54,505 nucleotides of DNA from Pseudomonadota bacterium (GCA_022566015.1 JADFJT010000002.1:1-54505); one strand, 5' to 3'; positions 8,693 to 18,282 are shown, numbered from the stretch's first letter. Notes: generated by a model not told the origin, from the sequence alone. Translations and numbers: made by a program.

Positions 8693-9514
8693 GTGACAAA
8701 TCAGGCTCCACAAAGACGAGCACGCGGACGGCCCAGATTACCGCCTGACGACAGTAGGAATACCACGGTTCAGGCGCTGGATCGAGGATTAACCCTGTTA
8801 GGCAAGCTGACCAGAAAAAGTAATATGGCTTTAACAGAACTGGCATTGAGTGCAGGAATGCCTCCCTCGACCGCCCATCGAATGCTGACTACCCTGCAGA
8901 AACACGGCTTTGCAGAGTTTAACCAGGCCACGCAGGAATGGGCCATAGGCCTGGAAGCCTTTCGTGTCGGTAACGCCTATCTGAATCGGACCAATCTTGT
9001 CGAAGCGGCGCGGATATCAATGCGTAATCTGACCGAAGAAACCGGAGAAACAACCAACCTCGCGATTGCGGATAACGGTGATGTCGTATTTGTCAGCCAG
9101 GTTGAAACGCACGAACCGATCAGGGCTTTCTTCCACCCTGGCACGCGAGGTCACATGCATGCGTCGGGTATCGGTAAGGCGTTGCTGGCTAATCTTCCAC
9201 GTTATGAGGTCGAGAAAATTTTACAGGTGAAAGGTTGCCCCGAGTTCACGCCCAAGACGCTGGTTTCACCCGCGGCACTGTTTGCCGATCTCGAACAGAC
9301 CAGGGCCCGTGGGTGGTCTTTTGACGATGAAGAACGTTACCTGGGGATGCGTTGCGTTGCCGCTGCAATATATAATTCGTTTGGCGAAGCGATTGCAGGC
9401 ATTTCGGTATCGGGTCCTACCGTGCGTTTTCCAGACAATTCGATTGCGGAAATTGGACCAACAGTCAGGCGCGCGGCAGATGAAATTACACGAGTTATGG
9501 GTGGGAACGTGTAG
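8693..9514 (+). CDS. bhcR: IclR-family transcriptional regulator
   Basis: 273 aa with a GTG start as given in the track. N-terminal wHTH (VQALDRGLTLLGKL...LTELALSAGMPPSTAHRMLTTLQKHGF) plus a C-terminal IclR effector domain. Divergent from bhcA. Confidence 0.75.
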   Translation: MTNQAPQRRARGRPRLPPDDSRNTTVQALDRGLTLLGKLTRKSNMALTELALSAGMPPSTAHRMLTTLQKHGFAEFNQATQEWAIGLEAFRVGNAYLNRTNLVEAARISMRNLTEETGETTNLAIADNGDVVFVSQVETHEPIRAFFHPGTRGHMHASGIGKALLANLPRYEVEKILQVKGCPEFTPKTLVSPAALFADLEQTRARGWSFDDEERYLGMRCVAAAIYNSFGEAIAGISVSGPTVRFPDNSIAEIGPTVRRAADEITRVMGGNV

Positions 9515-9770
9515 ACCTATGGGATAGAAATCTAACGATATGTACTTCGGCTTAATTTTAATTCGATGATCGATATTCAGTTTGTGGTTGAAATGGGCAA
9601 TCACTACCAAGACCCGCTGTGAATACGTCCCTGTAAGCTCGAACGCCGCGTCCCTGCGGCATACGGTCTTGGCAGCAATAGCCCATCGCAAATGTATGAG
9701 GCGGTAGATTATTCAATAATTACTTTTTAATAGTTTCCAGTGAAGGGGCCGGAAAAATGGTGTTTTGATA

Positions 9771-11114
9771 CTATTTCAGTAACACTTCTTCAAATGGATA
9801 CTTCGACATTTTTTCGATTCCATTTGTGGTAATCACGACCTGTTCTTCCAGCTTGACCCCATTTTTACCTCCGACCGCACCAACGTAGGCTTCGACACAA
9901 AACACCATGCCAGCTTCGATTATGCCATCATAACCATTGGCCTCAAGATCTTCGGGGTAGTAAATTGCCGGGTACTCGTCGCATAAACCGACCCCATGCA
10001 TCATCACGCCATAACGTTGATCCCGATATTCCTCCGGTAGCCGAAGACCCTTCTCGGTGAGTTCGCGAAAGGTAATCCCGGGCCTGAGTAATTCTTGATT
10101 GGTCATGATATGTTCATAAGCGACCCGATAAAGGTCTTTTTGTTCGGCGCGGGGTTCGACATCCCCGCACAGCCAGGTACGTGAAATATCGCAACACATG
10201 CCATAAGGACCGATCAAATCGGTATCCAGTGCGAGCAATTCGCCATCGGCGATAATGCGCGGGCCGGCTTCCTGAAACCACGGGTTTGTCCTTGGACCGG
10301 ACGAGCAGATACGCGTTTCTATCCATTCGCCACCGCGTTTTATATTCTCGGCATGTAGAACCGCCCAGATATCGCTTTCACTTTGCCCGGCGTAAATTGC
10401 TTCCTGCATCTTAACCATCGAGGCTTCGCAGGCGGCGGTAGCACAGTAAAGGGCTTTGATTTCGTCGGGTCCTTTGACCACGCGGGCGATCTCGGTCACT
10501 TCTTGCCCTTCGAATATTTCGAGGCCAATCTGCTCAAGTGCTCGTAAGCCCAGTATTTCGATTTTATCGATTGCGAGCCGCCGATTATCACCAGCTTGCG
10601 CCCGCACTACCTCATCGACATCCAGTGCGAACCGCTTCGCATGTTCTTCGCCGCGTTCGCCCGATAGAAAATAAAAAAATCCGGCACCGCCGCGTATTTC
10701 TCTGACCAGTGGCAGGTGAGCTGACAGGTGTTCACACCGATGAAATTCCCATAAGACTATGTATCCATCGGCGGAAACAAAACAGGCGCGCGCGGGATTA
10801 TGCGAAATCCAGAGCTGCATATTGGTGGAATCGCTGGCGTAGCGAATATTTAACGGGTCGAATAATAAAATGCCGGCGTAATCGTGTTTGCGTAGTTCTC
10901 GGCAGAGTCGTTCTAGCCGGTACTCACGCATACTATCCAGATTTGGCACCTCGAGGCCGAGTGCGTCCCATTCGCGAAATGCTAGTGCAGTCGGGCCTGT
11001 TTCTACGCGGTCATTATCGTCGGGCGAGCCGTCGGCTTTTAATTGAGTAGCGGATTTGCGCGAAGGATCTATCTTGCGTTTTGAACTGCCGATCGAGAAA
11101 GGTGATGATGACAC
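9771..11114 (-). CDS. dddP: M24-family (creatinase/prolidase fold) protein, DddP-like (candidate DMSP lyase)
   Basis: 447 aa with a long N-terminal domain (KIDPSR...NDRVETGPTALAFREW...LLFDPLNIRYASDSTNMQLW). Pita-bread domain acidic/His residues fall at D297, D299, D309, H373, E408 and E423. This is a constant +2 offset from the metal ligands I recall for Ruegeria DddP. Confidence 0.55.
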   Translation of the reverse strand: MSSSPFSIGSSKRKIDPSRKSATQLKADGSPDDNDRVETGPTALAFREWDALGLEVPNLDSMREYRLERLCRELRKHDYAGILLFDPLNIRYASDSTNMQLWISHNPARACFVSADGYIVLWEFHRCEHLSAHLPLVREIRGGAGFFYFLSGERGEEHAKRFALDVDEVVRAQAGDNRRLAIDKIEILGLRALEQIGLEIFEGQEVTEIARVVKGPDEIKALYCATAACEASMVKMQEAIYAGQSESDIWAVLHAENIKRGGEWIETRICSSGPRTNPWFQEAGPRIIADGELLALDTDLIGPYGMCCDISRTWLCGDVEPRAEQKDLYRVAYEHIMTNQELLRPGITFRELTEKGLRLPEEYRDQRYGVMMHGVGLCDEYPAIYYPEDLEANGYDGIIEAGMVFCVEAYVGAVGGKNGVKLEEQVVITTNGIEKMSKYPFEEVLLK

Positions 11115-11213
11115 GGTTTAGCCTCTACAACTAGATCGTTATCATTCAAGCATACGGGATAGAAAATTAAATTATAAGTAGGTTTTTGTGGATTTTAGTC
11201 AACAGTAACTGAC

Positions 11214-11326
11214 CCCTCACCCCCGCCCTCTCCCCAAAGGGGCGAGGGTGTAATGTGTTCCCTCTCCCAAAGGGGCGAGGGTGTAATGTGTTCCCTCTCC
11301 CAAAGGGGCGAGGGTTAGGGTGAGGG
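11214..11326. repeat. REP-like array: three tandem GC-rich hairpins (33-bp period) enclosed by an outer inverted repeat
   Basis: Hairpins ccctctcc(c)c-aaa-ggggcgaggg at 11226-11248, 11260-11281 and 11293-11314. They are separated by the identical spacer tgtaatgtgtt. Outer arms ccctcaccc (11214-11222) and gggtgaggg (11318-11326) are exact complements. The array lies between the soxG stop and the dddP-like start. Confidence 0.85.
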
Positions 11327-11331
11327 ATTTT

Positions 11332-11946
11332 TTAGTCGTCCTGAAATTCGTGGCAGGAATGCTCGATGGCGTGCGCAAAAGAACGCGCCAGGCTGCGCGC
11401 GACAAACAGGTCATAAGTTGGCTGATCGTCGACCTGAATCACCAGGGCCGACATGTGGGCGACCGAGGTAGAGGCACATTGCCCGGGTTTAAAGACCCGC
11501 GGGTGCAAGTCTATCGCGGTATTTTTCGCCATCACTTCACGGGCGCGTGGCCCGCTCAGGCGTAAGCCACAACGGCCATGGCTTTGATCGACAACCGCTG
11601 CAAGTTCGCCGACAGCCCTTTGCAGCGTTTCCAGTAATTCACCCGGATTACGGCCGGCCGCATCATCGCTGGCAATCACCATCCAGCTATTTGGGGTACT
11701 CCATGCGATTTGAGTGTGCTCATTAGAACTGCAAATGCCCGGTGTAACCGGACACTCGATACCGAGTGCTTTACTGATCGCCGAGGCCGTTTCAGCATGC
11801 TTGTTCGCGTACGCCAGTACCTGAATCGCGTTCAGGCATTTGCGTTCCTGCAATCGAACATTTTTATAGTCGACGATAGCGTCGCGATCAATGGGTAGCA
11901 GCGGTGAAACACGTACCGGGAATTCTTTAGCTTGAGTATCAGGCAC
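11332..11946 (-). CDS. soxG: sarcosine oxidase subunit gamma
   Basis: 204 aa. It overlaps the soxA stop by 8 nt and is the last gene of a soxBDAG-ordered operon. Confidence 0.8.
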   Translation of the reverse strand: MPDTQAKEFPVRVSPLLPIDRDAIVDYKNVRLQERKCLNAIQVLAYANKHAETASAISKALGIECPVTPGICSSNEHTQIAWSTPNSWMVIASDDAAGRNPGELLETLQRAVGELAAVVDQSHGRCGLRLSGPRAREVMAKNTAIDLHPRVFKPGQCASTSVAHMSALVIQVDDQPTYDLFVARSLARSFAHAIEHSCHEFQDD

Positions 11947-14932
11947 GGACTAGTTCTCCCTTTGGGTCGATAAATACCGGATGACATATCTCAACCCGAA
12001 TTTTTTCATCATCGAGCGGAAATACCGCATCGATTTGCTCGCCGTGTCTCGCTGTGCCGTCCTTCAACAGGCCGAGTGCAATGCTGCACCCCAGGGACGG
12101 GCTAAAAGTGGTTGCCGAGACATGCCCCTGCGACTGGCTAACACTTTCGAGTGTAACCTTGTCATCCACCAGGTGGGCGCCGACGCGCAGGTTGCGTCCG
12201 GGTTCGAGCGATTTCAACCCGACCACCTGCAGGCGACCTTCCGCCAACATCGCAGGACGCGCTGAATTGTGCTTGCCTATGAAGTGCTTGCTGCGATTGG
12301 ACAGGCCTTCGAGCCCTAGATCGAGCGCTGTGGTGCGCCCGTCAAGTTCGGATCCTGCGACGTGGCCCTTTTCGATGCGCATGGTGCCCAGCGGTTCGGT
12401 ACCGTAGGGAGCCACGCCCATTTCCTTGCCTGCTTCGAGTAATTCGAGCCACGCCTGTTCGCCATAGTCAGCCGGTACGTTGACTTCGTAGGCCAGTTCG
12501 CCCGAGAAACTGATACGGAACAGGCGCGCCGGTATCTTATTCATGTGGCATTCGCCCACCGCCATGAAGGGGAAAGCTGCATTGTCGAGGTCAATGTCGA
12601 TAACTTTTTTTAGAAGCTTGCGACTATTCGGGCCCGCTACAGCGATACCGGTCCATTGTTCGGTGACCGAACAAAATACCACGTCGAGATCGGGCCAGAC
12701 AGTCTGGTGATAGTATTCCATGTGCGATAATACCGGAGCTGCATTCGCGGTGGTTGTGGTCATGAAATAGTGGTTTTCGCCTAGCCTGGAAGTGGTGCCA
12801 TCGTCAAACACCATTCCATCTTCGCGCAGCATGACGCCGTAGCGTACTTTGCCGATCGGTAGCTTAAGCCAGTTATTAATATACAGCCGATTTAAGAACT
12901 CGGCGGCATCCGGGCCCTGTATATCTATCTTACCCAGCGTAGATACGTCGATCATCGCGACGTTATTGCGTGTGTTATTGGTTTCACGGATATAGCAGTC
13001 GGTCATAGTATCGCTGGGCGATTGCGGGTAATAGCGCGCGCGCAGCCATAGCCCCGCTTCGATAAATACTGCACCCTGTTTTTTATTCCAGTCGTGGATC
13101 GCGGTGTGGCGCACGGGCATAAATTCATGGCCAACCGTATGACCTGCAAACACGCCCATCGCTACCGGTACATAGGGTGGGCGAAAAGTGGTAATCCCGA
13201 CATCGGGAATGGGTTCGCCACGTTGCCCCGCGAGAATCGCCAGTGCGTTGACGTTGCTGGTTTTACCCTGATCGGTGGCCATGCCCTGCGTGGTGTAGCG
13301 TTTAAGCAGTTCGACCGAATCGTAACCTTCCTGTGCGGCCAGATTCACATCGCTGACCTTCACGTCGTTTTGTTGATCGACGAATTGTTTGTAAGATTTG
13401 TTGTAAGGGGTGGGTGATATCCACAGTGCTTCGATACTATAGTCGCCATCGTCGCCCGCTTTCGGCGGCTTCTTATTTTTCCCCTTAAACCCTGCCAGTT
13501 TGGCCGCTTCGGCGCCTGCTGCCAGGCCCTGATCCAGGCACTCCTGTAATCCAAAACTTCCGTTTGCTGCGCCGACACAAACTTCGGCCTGGCGCGACTG
13601 ACCCGGTACGAATGAAAAGATCGCCTCGTTGTATACCGGCTTCGCGCCCGACTGGCTGTGCAAATGCAGGTTCGGGTTCCAGCCGCCAGACGATGCAATC
13701 AAATCGCAATCGATGCGTTGTGGCTCTTCGGTATCACCCTGGGTTGAAACCAGTAATGCATAAGCAACTCTTTGACCACCCCCGGCTGCACCGACGGTCT
13801 TCCCGGTAATCAACTCAATCGATAGCGATGCCAGTTCGGCGGCCAATGGGGCATCTGGGTGGGTACGGGAATCGACTACAGCAACCACTGTGACGCCGGC
13901 CCCGTGTAAATCGATAGCGGTCCGGTAGGCATCGCTATTATTGGTGACAACGATAGCGCGACTGCCTGGCTTGACGCCGTATTGGTTGGTGTAGGTCCGT
14001 ACAGCGGCAGCGAGCATGATCCCAGGTATGTCGTTATTGCCGAAAATTAATGGGCGTTCGGTTGCCCCTGCGGCAATCACCACCTGCTTTGGGTAAAAAA
14101 TCCACATACGTTGGCGAGGTTTTCCAGGTGCAGGCACGGCGACATGGTCGCTCACTTTTTCGATTGCGGCGACGGTGTTATGGTCGTAGTAACCAAATAC
14201 CGTGGTGCGGGTAAAAATATGTACGTTGTCCATCGCCGACAGTTTTGCAACCTGAGCCGCTGCCCAGTCGTTTCCAGGTTTACCGCTTACGGTCAGATCT
14301 TCGCTGTTGAGCGATCCCCCGAGCAGCACATGCTCGTCGGCAATAATCACGCGAGCGCCTTTATCTGCGGCCGCCTGCGCAGCCATCAAACCGGCGGGTC
14401 CGGCGCCGACTACCAGCACGTCGCAATGTTCATGGCATTGCTCGTAATGATCCGGGTCGGCCTCTGTCGGTGCGGTACCGAGGCCAGCTGCGCGACGGAT
14501 GATGTGTTCGTAAACATTGGTCCAGAATGAAACTGGCCACATAAAAGTCTTGTAGTAAAAACCCGCCGACAGCAATGGCGAGAACAGGTTGTTGATAGCC
14601 ATAATATCAAAGGACAAAGAGGGCCAGCAGTTTTGACTTTTAGCCACCAGTCCGTCGAACAGTTCGATCGTAGTTGCACGGGTATTGGGTTCTTTACGCG
14701 CCCCGGTACGTAATTCGACCATCGCGTTGGGTTCTTCCGACCCGGCGGCGAGAATACCGCGGGGTCGGTGGTATTTAAAACTGCGGCCCAGTAAATGTAC
14801 ACCATTGGCGAGCAGTGCCGACGCAAGGGTATCGCCCTCGTAGCCCTGGTACGACTTGCCGTCAAAGGTGAAACTGATCGGGCGGTTGCGGTCGATCAAA
14901 CCGCCGTCGGTGGTCCGAAACTTCTGCGTCAT
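11939..14932 (-). CDS. soxA: sarcosine oxidase subunit alpha
   Basis: 997 aa. FTFDGKSYQGYEGDTLASALLANGV N-terminus, VVGAGPAGL dinucleotide motif, and a C-terminal GcvT-like folate-binding domain. Confidence 0.9.
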   Translation of the reverse strand: MTQKFRTTDGGLIDRNRPISFTFDGKSYQGYEGDTLASALLANGVHLLGRSFKYHRPRGILAAGSEEPNAMVELRTGARKEPNTRATTIELFDGLVAKSQNCWPSLSFDIMAINNLFSPLLSAGFYYKTFMWPVSFWTNVYEHIIRRAAGLGTAPTEADPDHYEQCHEHCDVLVVGAGPAGLMAAQAAADKGARVIIADEHVLLGGSLNSEDLTVSGKPGNDWAAAQVAKLSAMDNVHIFTRTTVFGYYDHNTVAAIEKVSDHVAVPAPGKPRQRMWIFYPKQVVIAAGATERPLIFGNNDIPGIMLAAAVRTYTNQYGVKPGSRAIVVTNNSDAYRTAIDLHGAGVTVVAVVDSRTHPDAPLAAELASLSIELITGKTVGAAGGGQRVAYALLVSTQGDTEEPQRIDCDLIASSGGWNPNLHLHSQSGAKPVYNEAIFSFVPGQSRQAEVCVGAANGSFGLQECLDQGLAAGAEAAKLAGFKGKNKKPPKAGDDGDYSIEALWISPTPYNKSYKQFVDQQNDVKVSDVNLAAQEGYDSVELLKRYTTQGMATDQGKTSNVNALAILAGQRGEPIPDVGITTFRPPYVPVAMGVFAGHTVGHEFMPVRHTAIHDWNKKQGAVFIEAGLWLRARYYPQSPSDTMTDCYIRETNNTRNNVAMIDVSTLGKIDIQGPDAAEFLNRLYINNWLKLPIGKVRYGVMLREDGMVFDDGTTSRLGENHYFMTTTTANAAPVLSHMEYYHQTVWPDLDVVFCSVTEQWTGIAVAGPNSRKLLKKVIDIDLDNAAFPFMAVGECHMNKIPARLFRISFSGELAYEVNVPADYGEQAWLELLEAGKEMGVAPYGTEPLGTMRIEKGHVAGSELDGRTTALDLGLEGLSNRSKHFIGKHNSARPAMLAEGRLQVVGLKSLEPGRNLRVGAHLVDDKVTLESVSQSQGHVSATTFSPSLGCSIALGLLKDGTARHGEQIDAVFPLDDEKIRVEICHPVFIDPKGELVRA

Positions 14933-15219
14933 GTCTGATCAACTCCCGCTTTGCCTGTCGGTAAGTTGGGTGAAGCGGGTACGGTACTGTAAATTTTATG
15001 CGTGACGGTGTCGCGAACCACAATCACCCAGGCGCGACAACCGTTGACGTGCTGCCAGTGTTCGGTGTGTTTTCCAGCCGAATTGTTGCGCGTATATACA
15101 TAGTCGTACCATTCGTCCGGTGAGCCTTCGTCGGAGGGGCGGTCTACGGCAGCGTCACCGCCATAGGAAAATTCGTCTTCGTTTCGAACCCCGCACCAGG
15201 GGCACTCTATTCTTAACAT
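14929..15219 (-). CDS. soxD: sarcosine oxidase subunit delta
   Basis: Start trimmed to MLRIECPWCGVRNEDEFSYGGDA at 15219 (96 aa), which is the typical SoxD Zn-ribbon start. The track ORF's upstream extension overlaps soxB. Confidence 0.85.
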   Translation of the reverse strand: MLRIECPWCGVRNEDEFSYGGDAAVDRPSDEGSPDEWYDYVYTRNNSAGKHTEHWQHVNGCRAWVIVVRDTVTHKIYSTVPASPNLPTGKAGVDQT

Positions 15220-15229
15220 GTTTGTCCCC

Positions 15230-16483
15230 CTAATGTGCGTTAGGCGTCGCGCCCACGCCTTTCTCGTCGAGCAGGTAGCCTTCGCGGAATCGTTCCAATG
15301 TAAACGCCCGGTTGAGTTCGTGGGCCTTGTCGTTGGCGATAGTGTGAGCAAATACCCATCCCGATCCAGGCGTCGCCTTGAAGCCGCCGTAACACCAGCC
15401 ACCGTTCATGTATAAATTATCGATAGGTGTTTTGCTGATAATCGGGGTGCCATCCATCGACATATCCATCACGCCACCCCATTGGCGCAGTATGCGCAAA
15501 CGCGCGAGGCAGGGCATCATCGTGACGCCACCCGCTACCACATGATTAAAAGTCGGTAGGTTACCGCGCTGTGCGTAAGAGTTGTAACCGTCGAGGTCAC
15601 CACCGAACACGAGGCCGCCCTTGTCGGACTGGCTGATATAAAAATGTCCTGCACCAAAAGTACACACGGTATTCACCAATGGCTTGATTCCCTCGGTAAC
15701 GTAGGCCTGCAATACATGGCTTTCGATCGGTAATTTGATGCCGACCATTTTGAATACTCGGCTCGAATTACCGGCGACCGCAACCCCAACCTGACCAGCG
15801 CCGATAAATCCACGAGAGGTTTCAACCCCCAGCAATTTATCGCCATCGCGCCTGAAACCGGTGACTTCACAGCGTTGAATAATATCGACGCCCAGCCGAT
15901 CGGCGCCGCGTGCATAGCCCCAGGCGACCGCGTCGTGACGGGCGGTACCGCCGCGAGGCTGGGCGAGCCCACCGGTAACAGGGAAGCGCGTATTTTTAGA
16001 AAAATCCAGGTGCGGCATCAGTTTTTTAACACCGTCGAGATCGTGCATCACCGCGTCGACGCCATTCAACCGCATCGCGTTGCCACGGCGCGCGAAAGCG
16101 TCACGCTGTGCATCGTTATGGAAGATGTTCAAAATACCGCGTTGGCTGAACATGACGTTGTAGTTCAGCTCCTGGCTCAGGCCTTCCCACAGTTTCATCG
16201 AGTGCTCGTAAAACTGCGAGTTTGCATTGAGCATGTAATTAGACCGCACGATGGTGGTGTTACGCCCGGTGTTGCCCCCGCCGATATAACCTTTCTCCAG
16301 CACAGCCACATTGGTAATGCCGTGTAATCGGGCCAGGTAATAAGCCGTCGCCAGGCCGTGCCCGCCGCCACCGATGATGATCACGTCATATTGTTTTTTG
16401 GGCTCAGGATTTCTCCAGGCCCTGGTCCACCCACGATTACCCGTCAGTGCGTGCTTGATCAGGCTAAGAGCTGAATAATGCAT
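15230..16483 (-). CDS. soxB: sarcosine oxidase subunit beta
   Basis: 417 aa. YDVIIIGGGGHGLATAYYLA FAD motif. The length is typical of heterotetrameric SoxB. Confidence 0.9.
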   Translation of the reverse strand: MHYSALSLIKHALTGNRGWTRAWRNPEPKKQYDVIIIGGGGHGLATAYYLARLHGITNVAVLEKGYIGGGNTGRNTTIVRSNYMLNANSQFYEHSMKLWEGLSQELNYNVMFSQRGILNIFHNDAQRDAFARRGNAMRLNGVDAVMHDLDGVKKLMPHLDFSKNTRFPVTGGLAQPRGGTARHDAVAWGYARGADRLGVDIIQRCEVTGFRRDGDKLLGVETSRGFIGAGQVGVAVAGNSSRVFKMVGIKLPIESHVLQAYVTEGIKPLVNTVCTFGAGHFYISQSDKGGLVFGGDLDGYNSYAQRGNLPTFNHVVAGGVTMMPCLARLRILRQWGGVMDMSMDGTPIISKTPIDNLYMNGGWCYGGFKATPGSGWVFAHTIANDKAHELNRAFTLERFREGYLLDEKGVGATPNAH

Positions 16484-16877
16484 AAGAGTCGACTTTTCGG
16501 TATCTAATGATGTTGACTAGTTAGTGAAAGTAGCGCCTTACCAACCTCTACCGGCCAGTAATATTTAATCTGTTCGCGTGATGCCAGTTTAAACAGAATG
16601 GTATCCAGGGAGTCAACTGATAAACGACCCGGCAGGGCATTTAAACGACATTTGAATGGCGGTGATAAATCGGACACAGGGATCGCTTTATGGGTCGACC
16701 ATTTATGTCGATTCATGACCCTCGGGAAGTGCGGGATCGTAAAACTGTCGAAATATGCCTGATATTTTGGTGGATTCGTGGATATATGTGAAAAACTACT
16801 AATTATTTGCCTAGATTTCGATAAAAATGCCGACTATTCTCTATACTTCTATCGATACTATTTACAAGGAACCCACC

Positions 16878-18278
16878 ATGGAGAGCTTCTATCTCATGCC
16901 AGATATGCCTGGTGTTTCAATCGCTATCTGGGTCGTATCCAGCATGATTTTTCTGTTCTTTGCCAGGGAACCGATGCACAAGATGATTCAAGCCTTATCG
17001 GATGCCACGGCCGGGGGGTTGAGAAAAATGGCCATGTGGACACAAAAAACCGCCCAGGCAATGAACGAAAAGGATCGGAAGGTATTGCTCGAATCGGGTA
17101 TGGCCAAAATTCAGGGTGAAATTCTTCAGGAATTCCACAAGATAGACACGGCCAATACCAAGACTCTGACAGGATACCCCAAATTACAGTTAAAGCTGGA
17201 TGAGAACATTAGTCAGCTCGAGCGCGATTACAAAGAATGTGGTCAGATTACCCCCGAAGCACCGGGGTGGAGCGAAGTGATAGAAAGTATCGCGCGCGTA
17301 CAGGGCTCGTCTGGCGACCGCATTATCGAAAAAATGCTGAGTGAAATTCACAAATCGGCTATGGCTGGTGAAAAGAAAGCATTGTCCGAGTTTCGCGATG
17401 TTGCAGCTAAACGACACAAGATATTGGGCTCGATGGCGCCAATCTGGAAGCGAGTTGAAAAAATCGGTAAAGATGTAAGCAAACAGGTCGACCGGGTCAT
17501 AGAGAACAGTCGCAATATGGAAAATTACATGGATCAGTACGAAAAAATTGCCCGCGGCGAACCCCAGTCAATCGATTTGCTTTCTTCGAAGGTAACCAAG
17601 CTTTTCATCATCTCGTCAATTGTGATTTTCATTGGGCTGATCGGTGCTTTCGTCAACTTCAATTTGATCGCGCTGCCGATGTCTGAACTGGTGCCTGCCG
17701 GTGTACGCGTGGCTGGCCTCGCAGTATCGGAAATATCAGCACTGGTTATAGTCGCGCTGGAACTGGTTTTGGGTATTTTCTTATTCGAGGCAATGGGCGT
17801 GACCCATACCTTCCCTCAAATTGCCAATATGACCCGAGGCAAACGAAAAATTATATTGTACGGATCATTATTCGGGCTTTTATTCCTGTCTCTCGTAGAA
17901 GCTTCGCTTGCGATTCTGCGCGAACATCTGGCCGAAGCCAAAACATTACTGGATATTAGCCTCGCGGGTGGGGTCGCAAATATTGCGGAATCAGTCACCG
18001 GGAATATTACTGTTATCGGACAGGCAACGTTGGGTTTTGTGCTGCCCTGGATTCTGGCCGTCATCGCGATACCGCTGGAAATGTTTATCGAAGCGAGTCA
18101 GCATGCGTTTGCCAGGATATATACAATTTTTATTACCCTGCTTTGCCATATAGCTAACGCGATCGCTTACCTGATAGAAGGCTTCTTTAAAATATTAATC
18201 CATGTGTTCGATATCTATATCATCGTCCCGTTACAGATTTACAATATGTTTAAAGGCAAGCCAATTAGCGCAAGTTAA
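16878..18278 (+). CDS. hypothetical multi-pass membrane protein with a long helical soluble domain
   Basis: The track ORF starts at 16827. I prefer ATG 16878 because AAGGA lies 7 nt upstream. One N-terminal TM (VSIAIWVVSSMIFLFFA), then ~200 aa of charged helical sequence, then about five C-terminal hydrophobic segments. I recognise no family. Confidence 0.6.
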   Translation: MESFYLMPDMPGVSIAIWVVSSMIFLFFAREPMHKMIQALSDATAGGLRKMAMWTQKTAQAMNEKDRKVLLESGMAKIQGEILQEFHKIDTANTKTLTGYPKLQLKLDENISQLERDYKECGQITPEAPGWSEVIESIARVQGSSGDRIIEKMLSEIHKSAMAGEKKALSEFRDVAAKRHKILGSMAPIWKRVEKIGKDVSKQVDRVIENSRNMENYMDQYEKIARGEPQSIDLLSSKVTKLFIISSIVIFIGLIGAFVNFNLIALPMSELVPAGVRVAGLAVSEISALVIVALELVLGIFLFEAMGVTHTFPQIANMTRGKRKIILYGSLFGLLFLSLVEASLAILREHLAEAKTLLDISLAGGVANIAESVTGNITVIGQATLGFVLPWILAVIAIPLEMFIEASQHAFARIYTIFITLLCHIANAIAYLIEGFFKILIHVFDIYIIVPLQIYNMFKGKPISAS

Positions 18279-18282
18279 TGAA

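Noticed and set aside
9519-11168. Direct repeat gggatagaaa on both sides of the dddP-like gene (about 9524 and 11156)
   Set aside because: Only 10 identical bases. Matches of that length are expected many times by chance in 54 kb, and there is no other sign of an insertion boundary.
11217-11414. Minus-strand ORF of 65 aa (…TLAPLGEGTHYTLAPLGEGTHY…) and the possibility of a mini-CRISPR array
   Set aside because: The peptide repeat is just the translation of the REP hairpins. The 11-nt 'spacers' are identical to each other, the units are far shorter than CRISPR repeats, and there are no cas genes.
16504-16716. 70-aa minus-strand ORF just upstream of soxB
   Set aside because: No recognisable family. 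Its GAGGG lies only 2 nt from the ATG. I also read the soxB leader for glycine or THF riboswitch signatures and saw none. Left uncalled.
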